From the NCBI GenBank assembly GCA_963662285.2, contig CAXXMV010000002.1, positions 992,001 to 1,056,000 of the forward strand: 64,000 nt of DNA. Direction: 5' to 3'. The DNA is from a bacterium. Its GTDB lineage: Bacteria; Hinthialibacterota; Hinthialibacteria; Hinthialibacterales; Hinthialibacteraceae. The notes under the pieces are model-generated. The model saw nothing but the letters and a program-made list of their open reading frames with translations, ran no database searches and was not told the DNA's origin. The translations under genes were made by a program, and so were the position numbers. Shown piece by piece: positions 9,231-19,161 of this stretch. How positions within the stretch are numbered: position 1 is the stretch's first letter; each line of letters opens with the position of its first letter.

Positions 9231-10211
9231 ATGAGTGACCGAACCAAACAGGCGACCATGTCCCGGCTTATCGATCTGGTCAATTACATCCAGGGCAATG
9301 AAAAAGTTACTGCGGAAACTCTGGCTAACCGGTTCTCTATTTCTGAATCGGCTGTTTACCAGGATTTACGCGAACTCAATGCAGTAGGCATCCCGGTATT
9401 CTTCTCTTCTACAGGACTTTGCATCCCTCCAGTCCACTCAGCCTTACCCCAATATTCCATAGATGAATCCATGTTGATCTATATGGGGCTTACCATGTTG
9501 TATTCCAAAGGAATGGTTGATCACGATCAATTACAAACTCTTCGTTCGCGGCTGTTTCCTTCCGCTGAAGAAACGGATAAAATCAATATCTTCGATTCCG
9601 CAAAGCATTCCCAGGCGCCAGTGACTAATCCGGTTGATGCCGGCATAATGTCTATATTGAATAATGCCGTGCTTGATAAGCAGCGAGTTCGCATGACCTA
9701 CCGTTCTCGCAGCAACGCCAATCCGGGCGTCAGGGAACTAAGCCCTTATACTTTAGTTTTTCGTAAAGAGTCGTGGTATGTTATTGGTTATTGCCATCGA
9801 CGCAGGGAGTTGCGCACTTTCAAGACGTCGCGCATCGAAAAGATTGAATATTCAAAAGATGCTTTTCAGGTTGATGAAGAATTTGACGCAGATGAATATA
9901 TGATGTATCGCTGGTATATTATGGGGGGCGATCCGGAATTGGTTATTGTCCGTTTCAGTGGTGATGTCGCGCCTCTTATTTTAGAGAAGAAAGTGTCTCA
10001 TGGCAGCGTCTGGCGTGAAGACGACTATGTTTATATGCAGACCCTGGTATCCAACCTTGAAGAATTTAGCTGGTGGGTTATGCAATACGGCGAATTGGCC
10101 GAAGTATTGCAGCCGCGCCAATTGAGAAAGATTCTGGCCAAACGATGCTCTAAAATGGCCAATATGTACTCTAAGGCCATATTTGAACGCAGCAGGAGAG
10201 TGAAACGATGA
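9231..10211 (+). CDS. HTH-WYL-WCX transcriptional regulator (YafY/PafBC-like)
   Basis: N-terminal HTH (TAETLANRFSISESAVYQDLREL); SPYTLV...WYVIGYCHRRRELRTFKTSRI; WVMQYGELAEVLQP. Confidence 0.92.
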   Translation: MSDRTKQATMSRLIDLVNYIQGNEKVTAETLANRFSISESAVYQDLRELNAVGIPVFFSSTGLCIPPVHSALPQYSIDESMLIYMGLTMLYSKGMVDHDQLQTLRSRLFPSAEETDKINIFDSAKHSQAPVTNPVDAGIMSILNNAVLDKQRVRMTYRSRSNANPGVRELSPYTLVFRKESWYVIGYCHRRRELRTFKTSRIEKIEYSKDAFQVDEEFDADEYMMYRWYIMGGDPELVIVRFSGDVAPLILEKKVSHGSVWREDDYVYMQTLVSNLEEFSWWVMQYGELAEVLQPRQLRKILAKRCSKMANMYSKAIFERSRRVKR

Positions 10212-10870
10212 CTGATTATATACCTTTGACATTTGGCATGGAGGCGCTCTATCCACCGATGGCATTGCCATCGGCTGCGCTTCGAGATTTCTATAACCGG
10301 CTGGCTGATCCATGCCGCTTTACCGAGTTTCGTCAACTGGGGGGAGGGCAGGGAGCGCGGCTTGCTGAAGGAAACAATAGACATCTGACTATAGCCAACG
10401 ACCGTTTCATCTACCGGGATGAATATACCCAACGCATATTTCCCACTTTCTGTGAGGATATTCAGCAATTCCTGGTCGCTTTTAGAGAAATTCTGCGCAT
10501 CCCTGTTTTATTGCATAGCAAAGTGCTGGTAAGGTTGCTGATGCCCTATACCGGTTCCGAATCAACAGTGGAGTATTTTCAGCGTAACCTGGTAGGTTCT
10601 GCTCAGGAGCAGTTTAAGCATTTTACCCGTCCTGCTTCAGGATTGGGAATTAAACTTGTCTTCCCGCCCAACCAGCAAATGCGTTCCACCTATCAACTGC
10701 GTATTGAGCCTTACCTGCGCGATGCGAAGATGTTCTTTTTTGAAAACAGTTCTCAGTTTTTCGATCCAATTATTGATTTCAGCGCCAAGCCCACATACCT
10801 GGATGAGACCTATGATTTCCTCAAAGAACAGGCCGGCCCTTTCTTATTAGGATTAGGTGAACCGAAATAG
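10208..10870 (+). CDS. hypothetical protein translationally coupled to the WYL gene (possibly TIGR04255-like fold)
   Basis: ATGA overlap with the WYL stop; 220-aa ORF. Confidence 0.7.
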   Translation: MTDYIPLTFGMEALYPPMALPSAALRDFYNRLADPCRFTEFRQLGGGQGARLAEGNNRHLTIANDRFIYRDEYTQRIFPTFCEDIQQFLVAFREILRIPVLLHSKVLVRLLMPYTGSESTVEYFQRNLVGSAQEQFKHFTRPASGLGIKLVFPPNQQMRSTYQLRIEPYLRDAKMFFFENSSQFFDPIIDFSAKPTYLDETYDFLKEQAGPFLLGLGEPK

Positions 10871-10977
10871 GTGGATATTAAATCGAAGGTTTCCGCATCA
10901 AGGGCTGAGCGCAATGCGCTCTTGCCCTTGCCACCCGTCTTCTTATTAGGATTAGGTGAAGGTGAAACGAAATAGGT
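10841..10977 (+). repeat. direct duplication of the 3' end of the upstream gene
   Basis: ttcttattaggattaggtgaa-ccgaaataggt (10841-10872) recurs at 10940-10977 with an extra ggtgaa. Confidence 0.85.
10895..10936. repeat. REP-like palindrome, family B
   Basis: CAAGGGC-t-GAGCGC-aat-GCGCTC-tt-GCCCTTG-ccaccc; siblings at 12384, 22242, 27206. Confidence 0.8.
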
Positions 10978-11108
10978 TGGTTGTCGCTTGATTTTTATGG
11001 AATGATTTTAAAAAGGTTGTATGTTGAATTGAAATTGAGTGCATCAAGGGCTGGCTGTATTGCTGTCTGAAGATGATGAAGTGAATGGGTAATAAAAAAT
11101 GTACCCAT

Positions 11109-12023
11109 TCACTTTTGAGATGATTTGAAACAAGAAAGATATTTATTTTTAAGTGTCCGATAGCGCTCTAAATTTTCACAAATATGAGTGCTCGCACCAT
11201 GCCAATCGGTCTTAGCTTCAATCATACATTGGATCTTTTTAGCTATTTGCGGTTCTGAAGATAGGTTAAGTTCATTTAGAATACTCTTATCCATTACCAT
11301 CAGAAATCCTGCTGATCTAAGACGCAATAATTCGCTTAATGAATCATCATGAACCGCCTTCACCAGCAAAGGAATAGAAACATCAGGATTACTCAATATG
11401 GCATCCGATGCAGGCCAAAATTTTCTATGTTGTTCCTCAGTCAAATCTTTGTTGTAGGTTTCTTCGACTAAAGAATCTATAGAACATAACATGCCAGCTT
11501 CAGAACCAGATCCAAAAAAAACTTTTGAAAATTTTAGAAACGGTTCGATATCAATGATGCTGGCTGATGAATTTGCAATTGTTATAGCTGCCAATAATAA
11601 ATCTAATTCCAGTTCAGGTTCATTCATCTCCAATGCGCCGTAGTTAATATAACCGTTAAGCCAATCTTCTTTACTCGTCTTGCTTGAAATTGAATTTATT
11701 GTATCCTGCAGGATATATTTAAGATTCGCATCGCCAAGCAATCCGCTGTTATTCAAATCCTGAATCCGTCGACCAACTAAAAATGTAAAACCATTGTACC
11801 TAAGGCGGCTTACATCATCAAACGGAAAGCCCAGTTTCAATTCCTTCGCGGTTGATGCAATGGATTTACAATTCTCAAGAGTACGAATGGACTTCCATTT
11901 TTCAATAGACTGATAAAATTGGCTCTTCTCCAAAGAGTCGCTCATTCCTACATTAACAGCGCCAAATAACAATAATCCGGTTATAAAACTGGTTAACACT
12001 TTATTTCTTTTCATAATTATCAC
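11109..12023 (-). CDS. hypothetical secreted protein (orphan, AT-rich)
   Basis: 304-aa ORF, AAGGAG RBS, N-terminal hydrophobic signal. Confidence 0.7.
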   Translation of the reverse strand: MIIMKRNKVLTSFITGLLLFGAVNVGMSDSLEKSQFYQSIEKWKSIRTLENCKSIASTAKELKLGFPFDDVSRLRYNGFTFLVGRRIQDLNNSGLLGDANLKYILQDTINSISSKTSKEDWLNGYINYGALEMNEPELELDLLLAAITIANSSASIIDIEPFLKFSKVFFGSGSEAGMLCSIDSLVEETYNKDLTEEQHRKFWPASDAILSNPDVSIPLLVKAVHDDSLSELLRLRSAGFLMVMDKSILNELNLSSEPQIAKKIQCMIEAKTDWHGASTHICENLERYRTLKNKYLSCFKSSQK

Positions 12024-12383
12024 TCCTTATGGTTTGATTAATTCGGGAAAGTTGTACCTACTGGCGGATTTGCCCACTCAGCGATAGGGCTAGGGAGATG
12101 CTGCCAACTCCATGCACTGTTTCCTTGATAGCATGAAGCACAATTCCCTTCATCGTCATTGCGAAGAAGCAATTTAACAGAACAGCCTCGAGAAGGAGCG
12201 AGTGCTAAGGGAAGTGTATTTTCTGCCCTTGATTGAGTTTACCTCTTTTATTCCAATAATTTGTCTCAACGTATTACTCAACAAATTGAATTATGATTAA
12301 CGTTCAATTATTAATTGTTGGATTGAAATCAGAATATAAACGTGAATATTATAGGAATTCTTCCGTTTCTCGTTAGTTTTCGT

Positions 12384-12416
12384 TCAAGGGCAGAAAGGAC
12401 GCTGCCCTTGGCACCC
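12384..12416. repeat. degenerate REP-like palindrome, family B
   Basis: tcaagggcag...ctgcccttggcaccc. Confidence 0.6.
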
Positions 12417-12555
12417 GTATTGATCTCTTCATAGCCATTAATAATAACAAAACTTCTGTGTAAAGATCAGCCCCATGCATAAAGCAACAGTATTCAGACA
12501 AAAAGAAAATGTAGTATGCCTTAAACCTTGATTCCCCTCTTTTTTCCTATCCACT

Positions 12556-12582
12556 TGTAAGAAAATACCTCTATTCTCCGTC
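12556..12582 (+). promoter_or_regulatory. candidate ECF-type autoregulatory promoter
   Basis: TGTAAG-N17-CGTC directly upstream of the ECF sigma gene. Confidence 0.4.
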
Positions 12583-12613
12583 ATGTATTAGTGAAAGCGT
12601 TTTTTCAGGCGGT

Positions 12614-13237
12614 GTGAGCTCCACCGAAAACGAATTAATGAGGAAGACTATGAGAAAAGGACGTATGGATTGGGTAACGGAATTATCCGAACGGTATGGG
12701 CGCATGGTGTTTTCAACTGCTTACCGGATTCTGGGGAATCCCCAGGATGCGGAAGACGTCCTGCAGGAAGTGTTTCTAAAACTGCTGGGCAAATGGAACT
12801 GGCGGATAAAACCGGATGCCGTGCGGGATTGGGGCGCTTACCTGCGGGTAATGGCGCTTAGAACGTCAGTCGACTTGTTGCGCAGAAAACCGAAATATAA
12901 AGAGGCGAGTTGGGAACTGGTTCAGGAACAAGAGGCGCCAGGCGGGAGTCCCAGGCATCTGGCCAGCCAAAAACAAAAAGCCCGTTTTCTACGTCAGGCG
13001 CTTGCTCAACTACCAGAGCGTGATGCAAAAGTTTTCGCTATGCGATTCTTCGAGAATTTTGCCTATGATGCAATCGCCGAAAACCTGAACATCAGCGTCA
13101 ACCAGGTTGGCGTGATTCTTCACCGCACACGGGAACGTCTCAAGGAAATTCTACCATCCATAGAGTCCAACATAGATGAATCAAAAAATGATGATACGGA
13201 TCGATCAAGACTTAACAAGGAGATAAACCATGCCTAA
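12614..13237 (+). CDS. ECF sigma-70 family RNA polymerase sigma factor (start uncertain: 12614, 12638 or 12650)
   Basis: Region 2 AYRILGNPQDAEDVLQEVF; region 4 LAQLPERDAKVF...IAENLNISVNQVGVILHRTRERLK. Confidence 0.92.
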   Translation: MSSTENELMRKTMRKGRMDWVTELSERYGRMVFSTAYRILGNPQDAEDVLQEVFLKLLGKWNWRIKPDAVRDWGAYLRVMALRTSVDLLRRKPKYKEASWELVQEQEAPGGSPRHLASQKQKARFLRQALAQLPERDAKVFAMRFFENFAYDAIAENLNISVNQVGVILHRTRERLKEILPSIESNIDESKNDDTDRSRLNKEINHA

Positions 13238-14447
13238 GAACGATAATGATAAACAAGTAGTAGAGTTGTTCCAAAACGATGACATGGGAACTCTTCAGGA
13301 CTGGGTCGATGCCGTGTTGGAAGACGAACCGGATGAAACGCAGTGGCAGGCAGCCCGGTGCAATCTGGCGGCGTCGCTTGAAACTAATACCAAGGAGAAC
13401 TTTATCATGAGAGCCATTCGAAATTCAATATTAGGACAATACCGCTGGGTAACAATAAGCGTCTTTGCAGTTTTAATTATTGCCATTGTCGGTGGAATAG
13501 GACTATGGAATCCCAAGCCGGGCCTGGTCTTCGCAGAAGTTCTGGAGCAGGTCCGACAGGTGCACACTTTCCATTTTACCAACATAGTGGAGATGGAAAA
13601 TCAAACAATGGAAATGCAGACGGATTATATGGATCCCGGTAAACAGCGGTTGGTTATGTCTAATGGCAGTATCATTATTATGGATATGGCGCAGGGTAAA
13701 ACCATCAGCTTGACTCCTTCAGCTAAGATGGCTTCGGTGGTCGATTTTTCCGATGATCCTAACTTGCAGCCTCAGGAAAACCTGATTGAAACGCTGCGCA
13801 AACTTGAAGATGGCGCCGAGGAACTCCTGGGTCAGAAAGAAATGGATGGGAAACTGGTCTATGGATTCAAGGTGATTATGGCAGGCCGGGATTTTGTTAT
13901 CTGGGCCGATCTGAAATCTGGACTCCCGGTACGGATTGAAATTCAGCAAGCCATGTATGGCGCCATGAAGATCATAATGACAGATTTTGAATACAATATA
14001 GATATGGATGAATCATTGTTCAGCCTGGAACCGCCTGCTGATTATAAGTTGATCACACTGGATAAACCAGATTTGGGAGCGCCGACTGAAACTGATCTCA
14101 TCGAGACTATGAAACTGGTCACTAATGATAAAAATAAATCTTTCCCGAAAGATTTGGATCTTATGACTTTATCGAAACAATATGGTTTAAGTAATCCGTT
14201 TCAAAGCGCCAAACCATCCAATGATGATATCGCGAAATTCGCCAACAATTTTGCAAAATTGAGCCGGGGAGCAATGTTTTTCCAACAGAACATAGATAAT
14301 GACTGGCATTACGAACCGGAAGGCAAAAAACTTGGAGATTCAGAGCCGTTATGCTGGTGGAGGGCTGTCAATTCAGAAACCTACCGGGTGATTTATTGCG
14401 ACTTGACTGTTGCGGATGTATCACTGGACGAGTTTGTGAAAGAATAA
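13230..14447 (+). CDS. putative anti-sigma factor with one TM and a LolA-like periplasmic domain
   Basis: Overlaps the ECF gene; single TM; AEVLEQVRQV...IWADLKSGLPVRIE...DFEYNIDMDESLFSLEPPADY. Confidence 0.7.
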   Translation: MPKNDNDKQVVELFQNDDMGTLQDWVDAVLEDEPDETQWQAARCNLAASLETNTKENFIMRAIRNSILGQYRWVTISVFAVLIIAIVGGIGLWNPKPGLVFAEVLEQVRQVHTFHFTNIVEMENQTMEMQTDYMDPGKQRLVMSNGSIIIMDMAQGKTISLTPSAKMASVVDFSDDPNLQPQENLIETLRKLEDGAEELLGQKEMDGKLVYGFKVIMAGRDFVIWADLKSGLPVRIEIQQAMYGAMKIIMTDFEYNIDMDESLFSLEPPADYKLITLDKPDLGAPTETDLIETMKLVTNDKNKSFPKDLDLMTLSKQYGLSNPFQSAKPSNDDIAKFANNFAKLSRGAMFFQQNIDNDWHYEPEGKKLGDSEPLCWWRAVNSETYRVIYCDLTVADVSLDEFVKE

Positions 14448-14470
14448 TTACATATATCTAATTATTATTA

Positions 14471-14511
14471 AGGAGGGAAAGGTAGTTTGATCAAATCTAC
14501 TTTTCCCTCCT
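14471..14511. terminator. hairpin / probable terminator
   Basis: aggagggaaaggtag...ctacttttccctcct. Confidence 0.6.
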
Positions 14512-14516
14512 CAAAG

Positions 14517-14560
14517 AATCCTGCCCCTCCTGAAAATCCTGTATATCCAGATTCAGACAA
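14517..14560 (+). repeat. ATCC(T/A)G 9-bp-periodic repeat ending ATTCAGACAA (family C)
   Basis: Similar copy at 45589-45624. Confidence 0.6.
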
Positions 14561-14916
14561 AAAAATCAATTCATACACATATAAATTGGAAAAATAATAT
14601 GATAACATGTCGAAATCTAAATTGGGTTTTTGTTTATTTATTTGCTTTGTTTGGCATTTATGTATTCTTTTTCTTCCAAACAGGGAATTTGTATAAAATA
14701 TTTATTTTTTCGTATGGATCAATTTTATAAAATACTATCAAAAATCATAATCGCTTCATGGTCATATAAATTCACTTTGATATGGATGATGGGATATTTG
14801 TATCTTTTTTTACCTAGATCAAAGGTTATACGCGTTGTGTAGTTATTATGTTTGAATGGATTTTGTTTATATATTCGTTCAAATTAAATAAATATATTTG
14901 ATGAGGAGGAAATAGT

Positions 14917-15660
14917 ATGTCACATCAACCTATGGATAATGGGAATCAAGCATCAGAGAAAGATTCTCGTTACTATGATGTCAACTTTTTTAAACCCAAA
15001 ACAGACCATTCCCGGTCGAATCGGAACATGATTGTTATTATGGTTTTGATTTGGGCGGTAGCTGTTTTTGGATTCCAGTTTGCACTGGTAATTTTTAATC
15101 AAGCCACGCCGGAAGATAGTTACACCAGTTTTGAAACAGTATGGCCCAAAATTCAGGATGGAAGCGCCAGCGCCAGCGAGCAGCAGGAATTCGCACGGAT
15201 TACGCTTTCTGTTATTGGTAAAAATATTGCCCTCATGGCTGATGATAAAGAAATTTTGCAGGATACCTTGACGCAAACCGTCGTTGGGTTGCTGCCCGCA
15301 GATCAAAAATCGGCGTTTCAAGCAAATCTGGCCGATGACGCCAAGAAACAGCAGGCCGTGACATCCGCTATACAAGCCATAGGATTAAAAGACTCCGGTT
15401 TCGATAAACTGCGCGCTGATTTACTGCCTTCTTCTCTTATTGCTAAAACCTCTGGTAAATTAAGCAAAGATATCCCAGGTATTATGGAACTTTATTTAGT
15501 TCATAATCAAAGTTTTCTGACTAATTTCATCTTTATGGGTTTTCCTTTCCACTATTGGTACACTGCTCAATTCTTGCTGATTCTTTTTGTCGTTATATGC
15601 CTGATATACGCGGCTTTTACTGACAAAATGAATACGAAATATGATTTTGCTGACGAGTAA
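14917..15660 (+). CDS. DUF4212 family solute-symporter accessory protein, extended form
   Basis: LIWAVAVFG first TM; C-terminal FMGFPFHYWYTAQFLLILFV...KMNTKY; directly upstream of the SSS gene. Confidence 0.8.
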   Translation: MSHQPMDNGNQASEKDSRYYDVNFFKPKTDHSRSNRNMIVIMVLIWAVAVFGFQFALVIFNQATPEDSYTSFETVWPKIQDGSASASEQQEFARITLSVIGKNIALMADDKEILQDTLTQTVVGLLPADQKSAFQANLADDAKKQQAVTSAIQAIGLKDSGFDKLRADLLPSSLIAKTSGKLSKDIPGIMELYLVHNQSFLTNFIFMGFPFHYWYTAQFLLILFVVICLIYAAFTDKMNTKYDFADE

Positions 15661-15699
15661 GAGTTTTTTATAACATACATTTTTTAATAGGAGATAAGC

Positions 15700-17382
15700 A
15701 TGATACGATTCAATAAATCGTTACTTATAAGCATGTTGTTAATGCTAGTATCAAGCAGCGCCTTTGCTCAAACTACAAAAGCCACTGAACTTGAGGGAAC
15801 CTTCAAACTCGGTCCGGCTGTTATTCTTATTATATTACTTACCACCTTTGTCATGGTTGGTCTTTTTAACCGCGCCAAAGATACATCGTCCTATTGGGCG
15901 GCGGGACGTAAAATTTCACCTATGGGCGCTGGTATGGCTATCGCCTCTAACTGGATGAGCGCCGCTTCGTTCCTGGGTATGGCCGCCATTATGTACGGCT
16001 CCGGCTACCATGGTCTCTCTTATGTGGTTGGCTGGACTGGCGGTTATGTGCTATTGCTCATCCTGATGGCTGGTCAGATTCGCCGCTTTGGTAAATATAC
16101 CGCAGCGGACTTTATCGGCGACCGTTATTATTCCAGAGGTCTTCGGGCTTTTGGCGCCTGTCTGGCAATTTTTATATCATTCTCATATTGCGTAGGTCAA
16201 TTCGCCGGCATTGGTTTGATGTTCAAATGGATTCTGGGCATCGATTACGCCTATGCGGTTATCATCGGAAGTTCAGTGGTTCTTTGTTATACTCTGATTT
16301 CCGGTATGCTCGGCGTCACCAAGAATATGCAGATTCAATATGTTATCATCATCATTTCATTTATGATTCCTCTGTTTATTCTATGCTATTGCTACGGGTT
16401 TTTCTTTGTATTCCCTCAAATCGGTTATGGCGCAGTTGTCACGGATGTTGTTAAAGGTCTTGAACCTGGAACGGCGGTCAACGCGATGGGGCATGATTTC
16501 GGTATATTGCCGTCGCCGGAATTCGCCATGCCCTGGGATCCGGCAACAGGTAAAACCTCCTTCCAATGGCTCGCCATTTGCTTCTCGTTGATGATCGGTA
16601 CAGCTGGTCTGCCTCATGTTATTCAGCGTTTTTATGTTGTTCCCAGAGCCAAAGACGCCCGTTGGTCAGTTGTATGGGGACTCTTCTTTATCTGTTTGCT
16701 CTATTGGAGCGCTCCGGTTTATTCCGCTTTTGGAAAAATCCTTTCCTCCAATCCAGATGTAGGCAAACTGGCCAAAGACGCCATTGTGGTTTATACCGCT
16801 CAGTTAGGCAATATATACCCGATTGTTGTAGGCTTCCTGGCGGCGGGCGCCGTATCGGCTGCATTTTCTACTGTATCCGGGCTATTAGTGGCTGGCGCAT
16901 CCGCCTTTTCTCATGACTTGTACTTCAAGGTTATTAATCCCCAAGCCAGCGAACGCACTCAAATGTTGATGGCCCGCATCGGCACCATTCTGATGGCTAT
17001 TGCGGTTACGATTGTCGCTTTGATGAAATTGGGATTAATCGCTCAGTTAGTGGCTGTGGCTTTCTCATTGGCTGGCTGCACCATCTTCCCATTGTTCCTA
17101 TTGGGAATCTGGTGGAGCGGTTCAAACCGCGCTGGCGCGTGGGCTGGACTCTTGGCGGGAAGCGCTGTGTCTCTAATCGCTTTGGTATACTTCGTCTGCG
17201 GCGTAATGGAAGTAACTCTTCCAGCTCATGCTTTCATCTCTTATTACTTGAATGCATGGTACTTCGCCTGGTTAGGCGCTCCTCTGGCGATTATTAGTAA
17301 CATCGTCGTCTCTCTGGCGACTGGCTGCGATACGCCGGTTGAAATCAAAGAATTCCTGGCCAAAAAAGTTCATGGCTATTAA
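15700..17382 (+). CDS. actP: sodium:solute symporter, ActP/VC_2705 cation-acetate type
   Basis: GMAIASNWMSAASFLG, RRFGKYTAADFIGDRY, GTAGLPHVIQRFY, AAFSTVSGLL, SHDLY. Confidence 0.85.
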   Translation: MIRFNKSLLISMLLMLVSSSAFAQTTKATELEGTFKLGPAVILIILLTTFVMVGLFNRAKDTSSYWAAGRKISPMGAGMAIASNWMSAASFLGMAAIMYGSGYHGLSYVVGWTGGYVLLLILMAGQIRRFGKYTAADFIGDRYYSRGLRAFGACLAIFISFSYCVGQFAGIGLMFKWILGIDYAYAVIIGSSVVLCYTLISGMLGVTKNMQIQYVIIIISFMIPLFILCYCYGFFFVFPQIGYGAVVTDVVKGLEPGTAVNAMGHDFGILPSPEFAMPWDPATGKTSFQWLAICFSLMIGTAGLPHVIQRFYVVPRAKDARWSVVWGLFFICLLYWSAPVYSAFGKILSSNPDVGKLAKDAIVVYTAQLGNIYPIVVGFLAAGAVSAAFSTVSGLLVAGASAFSHDLYFKVINPQASERTQMLMARIGTILMAIAVTIVALMKLGLIAQLVAVAFSLAGCTIFPLFLLGIWWSGSNRAGAWAGLLAGSAVSLIALVYFVCGVMEVTLPAHAFISYYLNAWYFAWLGAPLAIISNIVVSLATGCDTPVEIKEFLAKKVHGY

Positions 17383-17417
17383 TCGTTATTAGTTGTTCTT
17401 ATGATTGATTGCTTACT

Positions 17418-17450
17418 ACTCACCCCGCTTTGATAAAAAGCGGGGTGAGT
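17418..17450 (+). terminator. terminator hairpin
   Basis: actcaccccgcttt-gataa-aaagcggggtgagt. Confidence 0.7.
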
Positions 17451-17525
17451 TCTATAGAAGGCAAACTGAAATTCTGGCATAATTGCACCAGTATACAATT
17501 CCCCGGATCGTAGGAAAGGAAACTG

Positions 17526-19040
17526 ATGAATCGACTTAAACCTATTCTGTTATTTATTGGGATGAACCTGATATTATCCACTATCATTGATGGCGCCGAA
17601 TCAAATGTTGCCGCGACTAAAGTTAACCAAAACTATCGACTGACGGATAAGTCGCTTTCTGATGCGCTGGCTCAAGACTGGGAACGGATGCATGCCAGTA
17701 AGCAAAGCGTGCTTAAAAAATTCAACGATGATAAATTTGGTATGTTTATTCACTGGGGGCTATATTCCCTGACTTCGGGTGAATGGAAGGGTAAGCGGTT
17801 CAAAGGTCTCGGCGAGTGGGTTATGTATCACGAAACAATCCCACGGGATGAGTATGCCGGGTTGTCCAAACAGTTTAATCCTGACAAGTTCGATGCCGCA
17901 ACATGGGTTAGTTTGGCGAAGAATGCCGGGATGAAGTACATCGTTATCACCGCCAAGCATCATGATGGTTTTGCTCTATTCCCCAGTAAGCATAGTAAAT
18001 TCAATGTTAAAGATATGACTTCCTGCGATTTCGTCCCATTGGATTTACTCTATGAAGAATGTCAGAAACAGGGCATCGGTCTTGGATTTTATTATTCCCA
18101 TGTAATTGATTGGCGCGATGGATGGAATCCGGTCGACAGTAAGCCCGATGAACATGGCCGTGATAAATCAAATCCCATGAATAGCTGGGACCCTTCTGGT
18201 AATACAAGAGAAGAATATTTCCATAACAAGTCCTATCCTCAGTTACAGGAACTTTTGGATCGCTATCCTAAACTTTATTCGATTTGGTTTGACTATTGGC
18301 ATAAAGACAAATATCTCAATCCTCCAGAGAGTTACAAATTCTACAAGATGGTGTATGACGCCCAGCCGGATTGTCTGGTGAATTCACGGGTGGGACATGA
18401 TCTGGGTGATTACATAACGGCTGGAGATAACAATATTCTCGATAAAGGGCAAACAAGACAATGGGAAACTCCAGGTACGCTTAACAACACTTGGGGATAC
18501 AATAAGCATGACACCGACTGGAAGAGCGAAAAAGAACTTATTTATTTGATGGTTAATATCTTTAGCCGGGGTGGTAACTATCTGCTCAATATCGGGCCCA
18601 AACCTGATGGCTCGATCCCGCAGGGAACTATAGATGGCTTCGCCGCCATTGGCCGTTGGATGCGCATCAATAGTGAGGCTGTTTATGGTACCAAAACCTG
18701 GATCGTCACTGATGAAGGTGCGCCGGAATTAACCGTTAACGACACGGTTGATCGTGAAGTAAAAGGCTTTAAGACTGTAGTTACCAGCGAGGACTTTTGG
18801 TTCACCGCCAAGGGGGACGTGGTTTATGCGATTGCTCTGAAAATTCCCGATGACGGAAAGGCGCTGATTAAATCAGTTAATTCCAATCGCCTGACTGACG
18901 TATCCAATGTTTCATTGCTGGGTTATGGTGAATTATCGGGCTGGGAATTTGGCGAAGCTGGATTGGCTTTGTCATTACCCAAAATTAATCTGGATACTAT
19001 TGGTTATGTTTTGAAAATTGAAACTCAGGGCGTGGAATAG
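17526..19040 (+). CDS. alpha-L-fucosidase (GH29), secreted
   Basis: KFGMFIHWGLYS, AGMKYIVITAKHHDGF, IWFD, WETPGT, GGNYLLNIGP. Confidence 0.93.
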   Translation: MNRLKPILLFIGMNLILSTIIDGAESNVAATKVNQNYRLTDKSLSDALAQDWERMHASKQSVLKKFNDDKFGMFIHWGLYSLTSGEWKGKRFKGLGEWVMYHETIPRDEYAGLSKQFNPDKFDAATWVSLAKNAGMKYIVITAKHHDGFALFPSKHSKFNVKDMTSCDFVPLDLLYEECQKQGIGLGFYYSHVIDWRDGWNPVDSKPDEHGRDKSNPMNSWDPSGNTREEYFHNKSYPQLQELLDRYPKLYSIWFDYWHKDKYLNPPESYKFYKMVYDAQPDCLVNSRVGHDLGDYITAGDNNILDKGQTRQWETPGTLNNTWGYNKHDTDWKSEKELIYLMVNIFSRGGNYLLNIGPKPDGSIPQGTIDGFAAIGRWMRINSEAVYGTKTWIVTDEGAPELTVNDTVDREVKGFKTVVTSEDFWFTAKGDVVYAIALKIPDDGKALIKSVNSNRLTDVSNVSLLGYGELSGWEFGEAGLALSLPKINLDTIGYVLKIETQGVE

Positions 19041-19131
19041 AAAAATCCATGGTTTTAGAAAACAACCCCCTCTTGAATTCTCCCCCAAACTTGGGGGAGA
19101 GGGATTTTGTGAGATAACAAGGTGTATCTTT

Positions 19132-19161
19132 GGTGGGTCGGTGAGGCGTGACCCACCCTAC
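19132..19161 (-). repeat. GTAG-type REP, family A
   Basis: Reverse complement is gtagggtgggtcacgcctcaccgacccacc, identical to the 24269 copy. Confidence 0.85.

Noticed and set aside
10841-11053. Possible mini-CRISPR array
   Set aside because: Only two imperfect copies, one is a gene end, the intervening DNA is a REP, and no cas genes are present
14630-14842. 70-aa hydrophobic ORF
   Set aside because: AT-rich promoter region, TTG start, no RBS or motif
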